Origin: a virus | Taxonomy: Duplodnaviria; Caudoviricetes | IMG/VR virus record: IMGVR_UViG_2643221950_000002 | Coordinates: 32,001 to 96,000 of that record | DNA: 64,000 nucleotides | Strand: one strand, 5' to 3' | Shown: in pieces, positions 38,972-49,355 of the stretch | Layout: every line of letters begins with the position of its first letter | Numbering within the stretch: position 1 is the first letter of the stretch | Translations under genes and position numbers: made by a program | Notes under the pieces: model-generated | The model's database searches: none | The model's input: only the letters and a program-made list of their open reading frames with translations | What the model was told of the DNA's origin: nothing

Positions 38972-39100
38972 TTCAGACCGCTTTTGGAGATAATCGTCAT
39001 AAGGGAGGTAAAAAGCAAATATCCAAATTAAAAAGGTTAGTATATCTCCCCTCCCCATTTTTAAAAATACAAATTACACATATAATCAGGAGGAATAAGA

Positions 39101-39376
39101 ATGAATAAAACAGAATTAGTCTCAGCGGTGGTTGAAGCAACAGGATTAGCAAAGAAGGAAGTTTCGACAGTTGTTGAAGCAACATTAGATGCAATTGAAT
39201 CTACTCTTAAAGAAGAAGGCCAAGTTAAAATTGCTGGGTTTGGCACATTTGAAGTAGCTACTCGTGCTGCGCGTAAGGGTCGCAACCCTCAAACAGGTGA
39301 AGAAATTGATATTCCTGAAACAAAAGCGCCAAAATTTAAAGCTGCAAAAGCACTTAAAGATGCTGTAAAAGGTTGA
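39101..39376 (+). CDS. yonN: HU family DNA-binding protein
   Basis: MNKTELV, GFGTF, GRNPQTGEEI and PKFKAAKALK motifs. Confidence 0.95.
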   Translation: MNKTELVSAVVEATGLAKKEVSTVVEATLDAIESTLKEEGQVKIAGFGTFEVATRAARKGRNPQTGEEIDIPETKAPKFKAAKALKDAVKG

Positions 39377-39399
39377 TTTTATCTAAATAAATAACGTAT

Positions 39400-40440
39400 A
39401 TAGACCATCTTGGTTTTTAAGTTGAATGGCTTATGTCTTCCACGAAGAGGTAGGAGTCTTCGTGATCGACTAATGAATATTAATTAAATAATAGTCATTA
39501 GTGGGTTGACTGCCCTGTACAATTTTTCTCCAAACTGACTCACTTCCTTTCATAAGTTAGTTCTGACTCACATTTAAGGAGAAGGCTACTCCTGAGTCGG
39601 ATAATATTCATTTATATAGGTTTGAACACCCCCTTCTTCAACATATACCAAATGAATATTATCGGGCTATTAATGTCAATAAGTCTTCACGCTTAATTAA
39701 ATGCGACTGTATCCTAACAGGGACTTGTTATAGGAGGCATTTTGCTCGACAATTAAAACTAATTGCGGTGTTGTGCTTCGGCCTGCACTTAAGGTGATTG
39801 GATGCGTCCAATCTTCTTTTAAAATTTATTTTCCCAAGCATGTACCTTCTCACACTGGGTAAGAAAAAACCATGCAGAATAAGAGACTGGTGATCTACAC
39901 GCAATGCTATGTAGATAAGGTGTGTGACCTGACAAGTAAATTAGTGTTTGTCTCAGAGAAGGGGTTATATTGGTCTTACCCTTCCATTCATTTTTACACT
40001 AGCAAGACTTTCACTTGAGTAACAATTACACTTGGTATTTCTACAGCACAAGAAATTGTGACTGTCTGACTTATGGATTAGCTAAATTTTAGTAAGAGTA
40101 CTGTGTGTGCTCCTGTCCATGAGGTTTTAAGTAAAAAGGCCATCAAGTAGCGATGGTTTCTCCGCAGGCGGGGAGTTGAAATACTGCCAGAAAGTGTGTT
40201 TCACTAGCTACTATCTAATCGACTTACTTAAAGTCTGTCGACTTCAAAGGTTTAATCGCTGAACCCGTAATCAGTGTACCTCCCTATCTTATAAAGATGG
40301 GGTTATTCTAGTTAGTAAATTCCTTCGGGTGTTTCCCCAGCACCCTTCCGACATTTCTTCTTTATTCCCCTTTCTTCTCTCCTTTTTTCGGGTGTTCCAA
40401 TGTGTCGGCATTGGGCATCCGAAGGAATTTATTCGGTTCA
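39400..40440 (+). ncRNA. putative large structured non-coding RNA(s)
   Basis: 1.05 kb without a credible ORF, many inverted repeats; strand assumed from flanking genes. Confidence 0.45.
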
Positions 40441-40474
40441 AAATAAAAATTACATACTATCTGGAGGTTTTATA

Positions 40475-40666
40475 ATGGCAAGCAAAAAGACTAATCAAGT
40501 TAACTTAAAAGGATTTTTCGATATGGACGTTATGGAAGTGACAGAACTTACAAAAGACGACGAACTTAGATACGATTTTAAAGAAATTTTATCTGAATTT
40601 AACGGAAAACAGGTCAGCATCACTATTAAGGAAGAAAATGAATTGCCTGTAAAAGACAATGAATAA
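40475..40666 (+). CDS. yonK: YonK family protein
   Basis: MASKKTNQVNLKGFFD...; GGAGG RBS. Confidence 0.8.
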   Translation: MASKKTNQVNLKGFFDMDVMEVTELTKDDELRYDFKEILSEFNGKQVSITIKEENELPVKDNE

Positions 40667-40668
40667 AG

Positions 40669-41880
40669 GTGGGTGAGTTAATGAATGTAATTGTAAAACC
40701 AGAGTTGCAACGTGGAAAAGGCGAAAGCTTTGATGACTATTTTATTAGATTACATACAAATAAACACGAGTATAAAATCGACAAGTTTGTTATTAGAGAT
40801 TTGCTTAACGATGAATCTGGTGAGAACTATGGAGAAAGTAAATGGCGTAAAGACTATGCTCAATATCGTAAATGGGCTGATTACCATGTAAATAAGAATC
40901 TTGATCAAGAGATTGTAGATAAATATGATGAACTCAAAATTGAAGCTGCTAAAGCAGAAGTACGCAGACGTGATCAGAATAGAGAGTTAACCAAGAAGAT
41001 TAGAAATTCCGCTCGTTTTGATCGTATCCGTGATGATTTGACTGAAGCAATTTTGAATTTAGAGAAAAAACGTCCTCTTAAATTCTCCTCCCCTCCTCCT
41101 CCAACATCTGATAAGCATGGTCTAGCACTGTTCAGTGACTGGCATTTCGGAATGGACATCAATAATCGAATTAACACTTTTAATGAACAAGTATTCAACG
41201 AGAGAGTCCAGAAACTAACTCAGGACGTTATTAAACACGGTAAATCAAATGGGATTTCAACTCTGCATGTAGCTAATCTTGGAGATTTAATTGGTGGGCT
41301 AATACATGTTTCAACACGAGTTCAAGCTAATACTGATTCTATAGAGCAAATTCAATACGTCACAGAAACATTAGCTGAGATTTTGGCAGCATTCGCTAGT
41401 GAATTTGAAGAAGTTAAATTCTATAGTGTTGCAGGAAACCACGGTCGCCTCTCCCCTTCCAAAAACGATGTAGGCATTAAAGAAAACTTCGAGTATTTAA
41501 TTAACTGGTATTTAAAAGCTCGTCTAAGCCACATTTCAAATATCACTATTGAGCAAGAGCAAGACGGTTTCATCCCTACAAAAATTAAAAATCAAGAAGT
41601 TGTGTTTGTGCATGGTCATTATGATCGGGTTGATCAGTGTGTAACACGCTTACCTCAATTACTTGGCTATATCCCTTCTTACATATTCGGTGGACATGTT
41701 CACCACAATTACGAAAAAGAATACGGTAGCACAACTGTAGTTGTTAATGGAGCTTTAGTAGGCGCTGACGACTACGCTATGCAAGGACGCTTTGGAACTA
41801 AGCCTTCGCAGAAATTCATGGTATTTGATGAAGAAGGTATTGAAGCTACATACATAATTCGTTTTAAAGACGGTAGATGA
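40669..41880 (+). CDS. YonJ-like metallophosphoesterase
   Basis: SDWHFG, LGDLI, GNHGR, VHGH and GHVHH motifs. Confidence 0.82.
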   Translation: MGELMNVIVKPELQRGKGESFDDYFIRLHTNKHEYKIDKFVIRDLLNDESGENYGESKWRKDYAQYRKWADYHVNKNLDQEIVDKYDELKIEAAKAEVRRRDQNRELTKKIRNSARFDRIRDDLTEAILNLEKKRPLKFSSPPPPTSDKHGLALFSDWHFGMDINNRINTFNEQVFNERVQKLTQDVIKHGKSNGISTLHVANLGDLIGGLIHVSTRVQANTDSIEQIQYVTETLAEILAAFASEFEEVKFYSVAGNHGRLSPSKNDVGIKENFEYLINWYLKARLSHISNITIEQEQDGFIPTKIKNQEVVFVHGHYDRVDQCVTRLPQLLGYIPSYIFGGHVHHNYEKEYGSTTVVVNGALVGADDYAMQGRFGTKPSQKFMVFDEEGIEATYIIRFKDGR

Positions 41881-42033
41881 AAAGGATGATTAAATGTCTG
41901 GTAATGAATTTATTCATATCTTAGCAGAACAGTGGCTAGATTTATCTCATGAAAGCAAGAACATACTTTCACTAATGATTGCCAATTGATATAAAACTTT
42001 AATTTTAACTTAATTTATTGATGAGGATGATGA

Positions 42034-42462
42034 ATGATGATTGAACAACTGAATAAAAACGATCTATTTGAATATTTACAAGTTCTTGCTCGACTTAAAG
42101 AAGTTGGATATAAATGCGATCAGGAGATTTTTGAAGCGTTGCGTAGGTTTCGAATGGAATCGGATAAAGAAAAAGATCTAATAATGTATGTAGATCCTGG
42201 TCGGGATTATTCGAGAGTTGTTTTAATAGATATGGATTCAAACCTGGGTAAAAATTTAACTTTGAAAAGTGTGCGATCCTCAATTAGAGAACAAGCAATA
42301 TCGATCATTGAATTTATCTTAAAACATCGTCCTTCTAGGCTGGTTATCGATCCAGCTGGCATAGGGCAGGGTTTATTTGACATGATGATTGAGGAGTCAA
42401 GAGGAAGAAAAGTACGCATTTCGAAAAGTGGAGAATTAACTTACATGGATAAAATCATTTAA
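42034..42462 (+). CDS. small protein resembling the terminase RNase H-like nuclease domain
   Basis: MYVDPGRD and LVIDPAGIGQGLFD. Confidence 0.55.
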   Translation: MMIEQLNKNDLFEYLQVLARLKEVGYKCDQEIFEALRRFRMESDKEKDLIMYVDPGRDYSRVVLIDMDSNLGKNLTLKSVRSSIREQAISIIEFILKHRPSRLVIDPAGIGQGLFDMMIEESRGRKVRISKSGELTYMDKII

Positions 42463-42539
42463 GTATTACAACATATTTTTAAAGCGTCTAGTCTCTAAAC
42501 TAGGCGTTTCGTAAAATATGTTTTTTGGAGGTGTTATAT

Positions 42540-43541
42540 GTGGGAGTCAAAAAAGGAAAAGAATATTTAAAATGTTTAGATTGTCTTAAAGAAAAGGATA
42601 AAATGAACGGTTTTTACAACACAAAAAACAAGCTGTACGAAAAGATTGGGAAATTCCCTATTTGTAAAACTTGTCTAAAGAAAACAATTAATTATGATGA
42701 CATGGAAACCGTATATAACACTCTTCAACAAATGGACGTAAAGTTTGATCCGTTGTACTGGGAGCAAGCAATTCAGAGAAAAACAGACACGTTCAGTGCA
42801 TACATCACAATGGCAAACTCGTTAAAGCAATTCAATGGAACATGCTGGAAAGATAGTTTCATAGAAAATGAAGCTAATAACATGAGTGTTGATACCGCTC
42901 CCTCCCCTTCATCAACTGATTACTCTACAGAAATTACAGATGACATGGTTGATAAATGGGGATCAGGTTACACTCTTGATGAGTACAAACAATTTGAACG
43001 TAAGTATGTTAAGTTGATTAGAAGCTACGGTGAAAAAACAGCGCTTCATACTGAAGGTTTGCTTTCATTTATAAGATTTCGTGTCAAAGAAGAGATGTCC
43101 ACTGCAAGAGGTGATGTTAAAGAAGCGAAAGAATGGGGAGCGCTTGCTTCTAAAGCCGCTACTGACGCTAAGATCAACGTCTCGCAGCTCAGTAAAAGTG
43201 ATATTAGTGGTGGTGTTGATGTTATCACGCAACTTTTTGAAGCTGTGGAAACAGAATTAGGTATTATCCCCCTTCTTCCTCGGTTGACCGCTCAACCCTA
43301 TGATGATGCCGACTTAATCATTTGGGCAATAATAAATTATTACAGAAGATTAGAAGATAAAGAGCCTGTTAATTATGAAGATATTTATCACTTTTATGAT
43401 GAAATGCTTGAAGAGGATTTTAAATCTAAGGGTCTGACTGATGATCAAATCAAAAAGTCGAAAGAAGAAAGAAATAATGTGTTCAGGGATTTAGGTAAAA
43501 TCTATACTGAGCCATTGTATGAAAATGGTGAAGATGAGTAA
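42540..43541 (+). CDS. YonG-like protein (putative terminase small subunit)
   Basis: N-terminal CLDC...CKTC; directly upstream of the large terminase. Confidence 0.65.
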   Translation: MGVKKGKEYLKCLDCLKEKDKMNGFYNTKNKLYEKIGKFPICKTCLKKTINYDDMETVYNTLQQMDVKFDPLYWEQAIQRKTDTFSAYITMANSLKQFNGTCWKDSFIENEANNMSVDTAPSPSSTDYSTEITDDMVDKWGSGYTLDEYKQFERKYVKLIRSYGEKTALHTEGLLSFIRFRVKEEMSTARGDVKEAKEWGALASKAATDAKINVSQLSKSDISGGVDVITQLFEAVETELGIIPLLPRLTAQPYDDADLIIWAIINYYRRLEDKEPVNYEDIYHFYDEMLEEDFKSKGLTDDQIKKSKEERNNVFRDLGKIYTEPLYENGEDE

Positions 43542-46500
43542 TGGCTAGTTATAAAAACTTCACTTCTAAAAATCACAAGAACAGTAACGACAGAAACGAT
43601 ATTTATGAATCCTCTTTCGAAACACCCTTAGAGCGCGATGGTGAGAAAAACATCATCAGAAAAAACATTTCTAAATGGGCTGAGTTCACCTCGTTTATTC
43701 GCTTTTATCCAGATATATTTTACGATATGCTCAAACCTGATGTCGGCGGCATTGAACTGGATTTATATCAAAGAATAATGATGAGGACACTTAGTCGTTT
43801 CCCCCAAAATTATTTTTGTATTCCTCGTGGTGGATCAAAATGTGTTGCGGGAGATACGATCCTATTCACTGAAAATGGATTACTAGAAATTGGAGAACTA
43901 TTCAACTACGAAAAAAAAGAATCTGAAGTTGAAAAAATACATAAAATTTCGATGAAAAACAGATATGGTTTAATGGAAACTTCAATGGCTGGTATATCAA
44001 GCGGCCTCAAGAAAACGAAGAAAATAAAAACCCAAGATGGTTATGACTTGGAAGCAAGTTTAAATCACCCGATATTAGTAATGTGTGAAGATGGACATTT
44101 AAGATACAAAGCCTCTAGTGAAATTAAAGTTGGTGATTTATTACCGATTTCAAGAAACAATAATGTATTTGGCAATGAAACGAAGTTAAATGTAAATTTT
44201 GATGATTTCTTAGGTGGGTTTAGTAATCAAGGCAGATGGCAAGTAGAAAGAAACAAATTCAATATTCCTGAGTACATTGATGAGCAATTAGCACTAATAA
44301 TTGGGTATCTTCTTGGCGACGGTTGTTTAACGAGAAACAATTTAATAGGTTTTACAAATGAAGACAAAGATATAATAAAAAATTACAAAGACTATTTTAA
44401 CAACGTATTAGGTGTTGCGGTAAAGCAAAAAGATGAAATCAATTATAATGTATTTGGTAAGCTCATTAGAGAATTTTTCAGACAATTGGGAATGGAAGAA
44501 AATGATGCTTTCGGGAAGGAAATACCTAAAATTATACTGAAAGCACCTAAAAACATTGTCGCAAAAACAATACAAGGGCTTTTTGATACCGATGGATGTG
44601 TGACAAATAAAAGTGTTCAATTTTGCACTGCATCAGAAAAAATGAGCAAACAAGTCCAAATGTTACTTTTAAATTTCGGTATTATTTCTTTCAGAAAAAA
44701 GTATCTGAATAAAAAATACAATACTTATCATTATAAGATCAACATTTCCACAAAGAATATTGATCTTTTTTTGCGAGAAATTGGTTTTAGTTGCTCAAGA
44801 AAACAAGAAAAACTTATTTCGATTTGCAGCAAAAATCGTAATCCGAATAAAGATGTAATCCCTTTTCAGCAAAATAACATTAGAGCCATTTATCCAAAAG
44901 GTGAAACTAGAGAAAAATTCTATCATGTACTAAAAGGATCAAATGGGCTTACTTATGAGAAATTATCACTTTTATTAAATGAAAATGAGTGTTTTGTTAA
45001 TAAAGATAGCGATGCATTCAATCATTTAATAGAGCTCTATGATTCTAATTACTATTTCACTAGTGTAATTGAAACAGAGTACTCAGAGGATTATGTGTAT
45101 GACTTATATATGCCTTTAACAAACTCATTTATAAGTAATGGGCTAGTTAGTCATAATACACTGACTCAAATAATGGTTGCTTATCATACTGCTATTTGCT
45201 TTCCTAACATTACATTGGCTATTACAGCTTCCACTAAAGAATCTGCGGTTAAGATTTGGAAAGAAAAACACGATGAGATTTTAAGGTTCTACCCTGCTAT
45301 GGCTGACGAGATTAAAAGTGAGAACTTTTCCAAAGACTCAGGTAGGGTAGAATTTCAAAATGGCGCTATCATTGACAACCTTGCAAACGCACAGTCCTCG
45401 AAAGGACTTCGTAGAAGAAGAGGTTCTTTGGAAGAATCTGCATTGATTGATAAAGATTTGTACGATGATGCCATTGAACCTATTTTCAATATCCCTCGAA
45501 CTACAATGACTGGTGAAATTGATCCAACTGAGCTCAACGGTCAAATAAACCGCTTTTCCACTTCTGGTTACAAAAACTCCGATGAGTATGAAAAGATATT
45601 AACTATGGTTAAAGAAACTGGCGACCTTAAAGGTTCGTTTGTGTTCGGTTCTGATTGGAGAATACCAATTCATTTTGGTAGGCAGAAAATGTCGACTATT
45701 AATAAAGCCAGACAAGGAAACGTCACTCGTTTCAGACAGAACTACTTGTGCGATTGGATCGGTGCGAGTGATGGAGCCCTCATTAACATCAGTAAACTCA
45801 TTAAAGCTAGAACAATAACTCAGCCAGAGCTTTCGTGTCCTAAAGATAAGAACAAAAATTCCCTATTGAACGAATACGTCATAGGTGTCGATGTTGCGAG
45901 ATCTGCAGCTGAATCCAACAATAAAACAGCAATTGTCGTTTTAAAGATTATTAGAAATAGCAATAATCTGATTAGACAAGTTCAAGTTGTAAATATAATT
46001 GAACCTCCTAACGGACTTAGTTTCAAGGAGCAGTCCATAGTTGTTAAAAGAATTTTTAAAAATTATGGAGGTAATCAGGATTCTTCTCTCTCTAGAGTAA
46101 AGGCAGTTATTGTGGATGGAAACGGCGTGGGAAGTGGTTTAATAGATCGTCTTTTAGAAGATGTCACTGATCCAGAAACCAACGAAGAATTAGGATGTTG
46201 GGCTACGATAAATACTGACCAAAAACCTGACGTTCCTAATTCCCCGGAGATTGTTTACAATTTGAAATCTCAAGGTATTAACCAGGACATCATCACTCAA
46301 TTTTTAGACTATGTAGAATCTGGTAAGTTGAAGCTGTTAAAGGCTTATGATGATATTAAAAACCAAAAAGGAATTTTAGATGATGTGATGATAGAAGCTG
46401 CGTGTATTCAAACACAGTTATTCATCGATGAAGTTGCCAACTTAAGAATTAAAAAAAATCAAAATTCTTTTAGTGTAGAGCAAGTGGTTAAACGAATAGA

Positions 46501-46606
46501 TAAAGACAGGTACAGTGCTATAGCTTATGCATTATATTATATTGCTTTATTTTTAGAAAAAGAGGAATCAAACGATGAATATTCGTTCGGGTTCTTTTTC
46601 AATTAA
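43541..46606 (+). CDS. yonF: terminase large subunit, intein-containing
   Basis: Walker A PRGGSK|T split by an intein, EES Walker B, GVDVARS nuclease motif, DKDRYSA. Confidence 0.9.
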   Translation: MASYKNFTSKNHKNSNDRNDIYESSFETPLERDGEKNIIRKNISKWAEFTSFIRFYPDIFYDMLKPDVGGIELDLYQRIMMRTLSRFPQNYFCIPRGGSKCVAGDTILFTENGLLEIGELFNYEKKESEVEKIHKISMKNRYGLMETSMAGISSGLKKTKKIKTQDGYDLEASLNHPILVMCEDGHLRYKASSEIKVGDLLPISRNNNVFGNETKLNVNFDDFLGGFSNQGRWQVERNKFNIPEYIDEQLALIIGYLLGDGCLTRNNLIGFTNEDKDIIKNYKDYFNNVLGVAVKQKDEINYNVFGKLIREFFRQLGMEENDAFGKEIPKIILKAPKNIVAKTIQGLFDTDGCVTNKSVQFCTASEKMSKQVQMLLLNFGIISFRKKYLNKKYNTYHYKINISTKNIDLFLREIGFSCSRKQEKLISICSKNRNPNKDVIPFQQNNIRAIYPKGETREKFYHVLKGSNGLTYEKLSLLLNENECFVNKDSDAFNHLIELYDSNYYFTSVIETEYSEDYVYDLYMPLTNSFISNGLVSHNTLTQIMVAYHTAICFPNITLAITASTKESAVKIWKEKHDEILRFYPAMADEIKSENFSKDSGRVEFQNGAIIDNLANAQSSKGLRRRRGSLEESALIDKDLYDDAIEPIFNIPRTTMTGEIDPTELNGQINRFSTSGYKNSDEYEKILTMVKETGDLKGSFVFGSDWRIPIHFGRQKMSTINKARQGNVTRFRQNYLCDWIGASDGALINISKLIKARTITQPELSCPKDKNKNSLLNEYVIGVDVARSAAESNNKTAIVVLKIIRNSNNLIRQVQVVNIIEPPNGLSFKEQSIVVKRIFKNYGGNQDSSLSRVKAVIVDGNGVGSGLIDRLLEDVTDPETNEELGCWATINTDQKPDVPNSPEIVYNLKSQGINQDIITQFLDYVESGKLKLLKAYDDIKNQKGILDDVMIEAACIQTQLFIDEVANLRIKKNQNSFSVEQVVKRIDKDRYSAIAYALYYIALFLEKEESNDEYSFGFFFN
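43841..45157 (+). mobile_element. intein with LAGLIDADG homing endonuclease (439 aa)
   Basis: Starts CVAGDT, contains SLNHPI, IGYLLGDG and GLFDTDG, ends VYDL...LVSHN before Thr. Confidence 0.93.
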
Positions 46607-46621
46607 ACGATTGGAGGTGGA

Positions 46622-48163
46622 ATGTTGAAAAAGGAAAAAAGCGAGTCGTTTGAATTTAACACAGATTTATCATCCCCTATCCCCCTTTCTCTTTACTACT
46701 CTTCTTCTGTAAGCTCCTTCAATTACGAAAATGTTAAATCATGGCTAAAAGACCACAATAGACACAATAAACAAATCAGAGAAACCTCAGAATATCTCTA
46801 TAATTTAAATGGAATTTATCGAAATGTGATTGATTATATGGTTTCGCTCGTAACTTTGGATAGAGTTGTCTATGGAAATTCAAGTTCTCATGACAGTTTC
46901 GTTTCAGATAAGGCTGACTATACTAGAGCTCTTTCTAAGATAAACGATAAAGAAATTGCAAGAGATATCATTAGAAAGTTGAGTACTTATGGAACCTCTT
47001 TTCATTATTTTGAATCTTTCAGAGATGATCCCTTCCCTTCTACTCTAAGTGATCTTGAAATTGAAGGGATGACTGAAATCAATAACAGAGATGATTTTAA
47101 TTGTTCTGTGTTAACTCTCCCTATTGACTATTGTAAAATTGTTGGTCGGAAGAACTCATCTTATTTGGTTGCGTTTAATGTATCTTACTTTGATAAATTC
47201 ACAGGTAACGGCAGATCCTTGAAACTTAAAAGGTGGCCGAAGGAGTTTAGACAAGGTTATGTCGAGTATAAAAAGGATTTGAATAAACGCTGGATTGTGT
47301 TAGACAACAATAGAACTATAGCGAACAAAGCTAGTGCAGGAATAGAAGATCAATGGGGTCGACCTATAGGATTAGCTGCATTTGTTGATATGGTTTATGA
47401 TGATTATTTTGTTGATACGAAACGTAATATCTTAGATGAGCTAAACAGTACCCTAATTTATCAAACGTTGCCTGAGGGTGAAAAAAAAGGTATTTCTTCC
47501 CTCTCTCAAACACAGCAAGAACAACAGCATATAAGCATCAAAAATGCACTTAGCTCTAGAAATGGCTTAACTGGATATAAGTTTTTCTCATTGGCATCAG
47601 GAACTAAGTTAAATAAGCTTGAAACCAACGTTGATTTTCTGAAAGTTAAAGGTGAAGACGAATTAATTAAAAGGATATCAACTAACCTTGGCTTTGCAGG
47701 TTCCGCATTGAATGGTCAAGATGGAAACTACTCTTCTCAATCAACGAATATCGAAATGGTCTCCTCTCAAATATTCTCCTGGTTAGAACAAATCTCCAAT
47801 GAATTCAACAAGGTAATAAACGCAAATATTATCAATAATCCAAAATCATTTATTGAAGTTTATTATCTCCCTCTTACGCACGTTAACAGAAAAGAAAAAG
47901 TTCAAAACATGAAAGATTTGTACACCAGTGGTCGTGGAAGTTTGACTGCATGGATTGCAGCAACTGGTTGGAATCCTGATGCTTATATATCTTTAATGGA
48001 ATACGAAAAACAAGAAAAATTTGATGAGAAATACCCAGTCCATGAAACATCATTCACGCTAAGCAAAGATAAAAAAGCTGGCGCTCCAGAAAAAGACTCG
48101 CACAACGAGAATACCATAAAATCTAAAACTAATAACAGTAACGGGACACCTTCGGGATCTTGA
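46622..48163 (+). CDS. yonE: portal protein
   Basis: 513 aa directly after the terminase; SPbeta synteny. Confidence 0.75.
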   Translation: MLKKEKSESFEFNTDLSSPIPLSLYYSSSVSSFNYENVKSWLKDHNRHNKQIRETSEYLYNLNGIYRNVIDYMVSLVTLDRVVYGNSSSHDSFVSDKADYTRALSKINDKEIARDIIRKLSTYGTSFHYFESFRDDPFPSTLSDLEIEGMTEINNRDDFNCSVLTLPIDYCKIVGRKNSSYLVAFNVSYFDKFTGNGRSLKLKRWPKEFRQGYVEYKKDLNKRWIVLDNNRTIANKASAGIEDQWGRPIGLAAFVDMVYDDYFVDTKRNILDELNSTLIYQTLPEGEKKGISSLSQTQQEQQHISIKNALSSRNGLTGYKFFSLASGTKLNKLETNVDFLKVKGEDELIKRISTNLGFAGSALNGQDGNYSSQSTNIEMVSSQIFSWLEQISNEFNKVINANIINNPKSFIEVYYLPLTHVNRKEKVQNMKDLYTSGRGSLTAWIAATGWNPDAYISLMEYEKQEKFDEKYPVHETSFTLSKDKKAGAPEKDSHNENTIKSKTNNSNGTPSGS

Positions 48164-48181
48164 AAGGAGGTGTAAATTTAT

Positions 48182-49321
48182 TTGAGAAGCGCAATTTTAG
48201 AAATTAACAATAGCAAAAAAGTTAATGGTAGGACTTATTTGAAATGGGTAGTCCTTGAAATTCATGAGAACGATACCATATTTAATAAAAATGGTATCAC
48301 GTGGTTGGAAAAGTACATTAAAGCTAACCTGGAGTCTATTCAGGGAATGCCCCTTTGTGTTGAGTTTATTGATTATGAAAATAGCGAACCCTTCGGACAT
48401 GGGCTAACTGAAATCAAAGACGGTACACCACTATTTGAGAATAGTGCAGTTGTAGGTGTTACAACTAATGGCTACATCGATTCTATTGAAGTGAATGGGC
48501 AACAAAAACGAGTGCTCATTGGCGAAGGCTACATTTACAACCAGAGGTATCCTAAGTTTGTTCAGTGGCTGAAGTCGAAAATGTTTGATGGCGATTTTCC
48601 TGAGACATCTGTGGAAATATCAGCTGTTGAAGGAAAAACGAATATTGAATATGAAGGTGGCTACAAAGAAGAAGGTCGTGTCCCTATGATCTTCGATTTT
48701 ACTGGAGATGCGATACTAGGCGTTGATCCAGCGGATGACTCAGCAGTGTTGTTAGAGCTAAATAGCAAAAATAAGGAGGATAAAATCTTGTCTAAAGAAA
48801 AAGAAGCACTTGTGGAACTTAACGAAAAACTTAAAGTGGATATCGAATCCCTGGAAGCTAAAGTTTCCGAATTAAATGAATTACTGACTAAAAAAACAAA
48901 TGAACTTAATGCAGCAGTGCAAGCAGTTAAAGATGAGAAAGCTAAAACTGAGGCTAAAGATGAAGAAGTTAAAAAAGCTAAAGAGGACAAAGAAAAGGCT
49001 GATGCAGAAATTAACTCTTTAAAAGAATTTAAAAAATCAGTTACAGAGGAAACTCTGAAAACAGAGTTGAACCAGCATCTTTCTCGGTATACAGAAGAAG
49101 AAAAATCTGTTGCCAAAGAGAAAATTGAGCTCTTCTCAACCTCCCCTACTGAGGAGTTAAAAACCCAAATCGTTTCAGAAATCAACTCTGCTATTGCACA
49201 ATCTTACATTAGTCAAAGAATGAAACAAACTTCAAATGAGATTAATAGCGTGAACGACATTTACTCAGAAATTAACGAAACTGGCAATGAAGCTTCTGTA
49301 ACTATTGAGGAACTTTATTAA
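48182..49321 (+). CDS. yonD: prohead protease/scaffold-like protein
   Basis: Globular N-terminus plus long coiled coil; synteny. Confidence 0.65.
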   Translation: MRSAILEINNSKKVNGRTYLKWVVLEIHENDTIFNKNGITWLEKYIKANLESIQGMPLCVEFIDYENSEPFGHGLTEIKDGTPLFENSAVVGVTTNGYIDSIEVNGQQKRVLIGEGYIYNQRYPKFVQWLKSKMFDGDFPETSVEISAVEGKTNIEYEGGYKEEGRVPMIFDFTGDAILGVDPADDSAVLLELNSKNKEDKILSKEKEALVELNEKLKVDIESLEAKVSELNELLTKKTNELNAAVQAVKDEKAKTEAKDEEVKKAKEDKEKADAEINSLKEFKKSVTEETLKTELNQHLSRYTEEEKSVAKEKIELFSTSPTEELKTQIVSEINSAIAQSYISQRMKQTSNEINSVNDIYSEINETGNEASVTIEELY

Positions 49322-49355
49322 TAAAATAAGACTTTTATAGAAAAGAGGAAATTGA

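Noticed and set aside
39870-40100. Group I intron (AGAGACT motif)
   Set aside because: No interrupted gene and no convincing P7 partner seen
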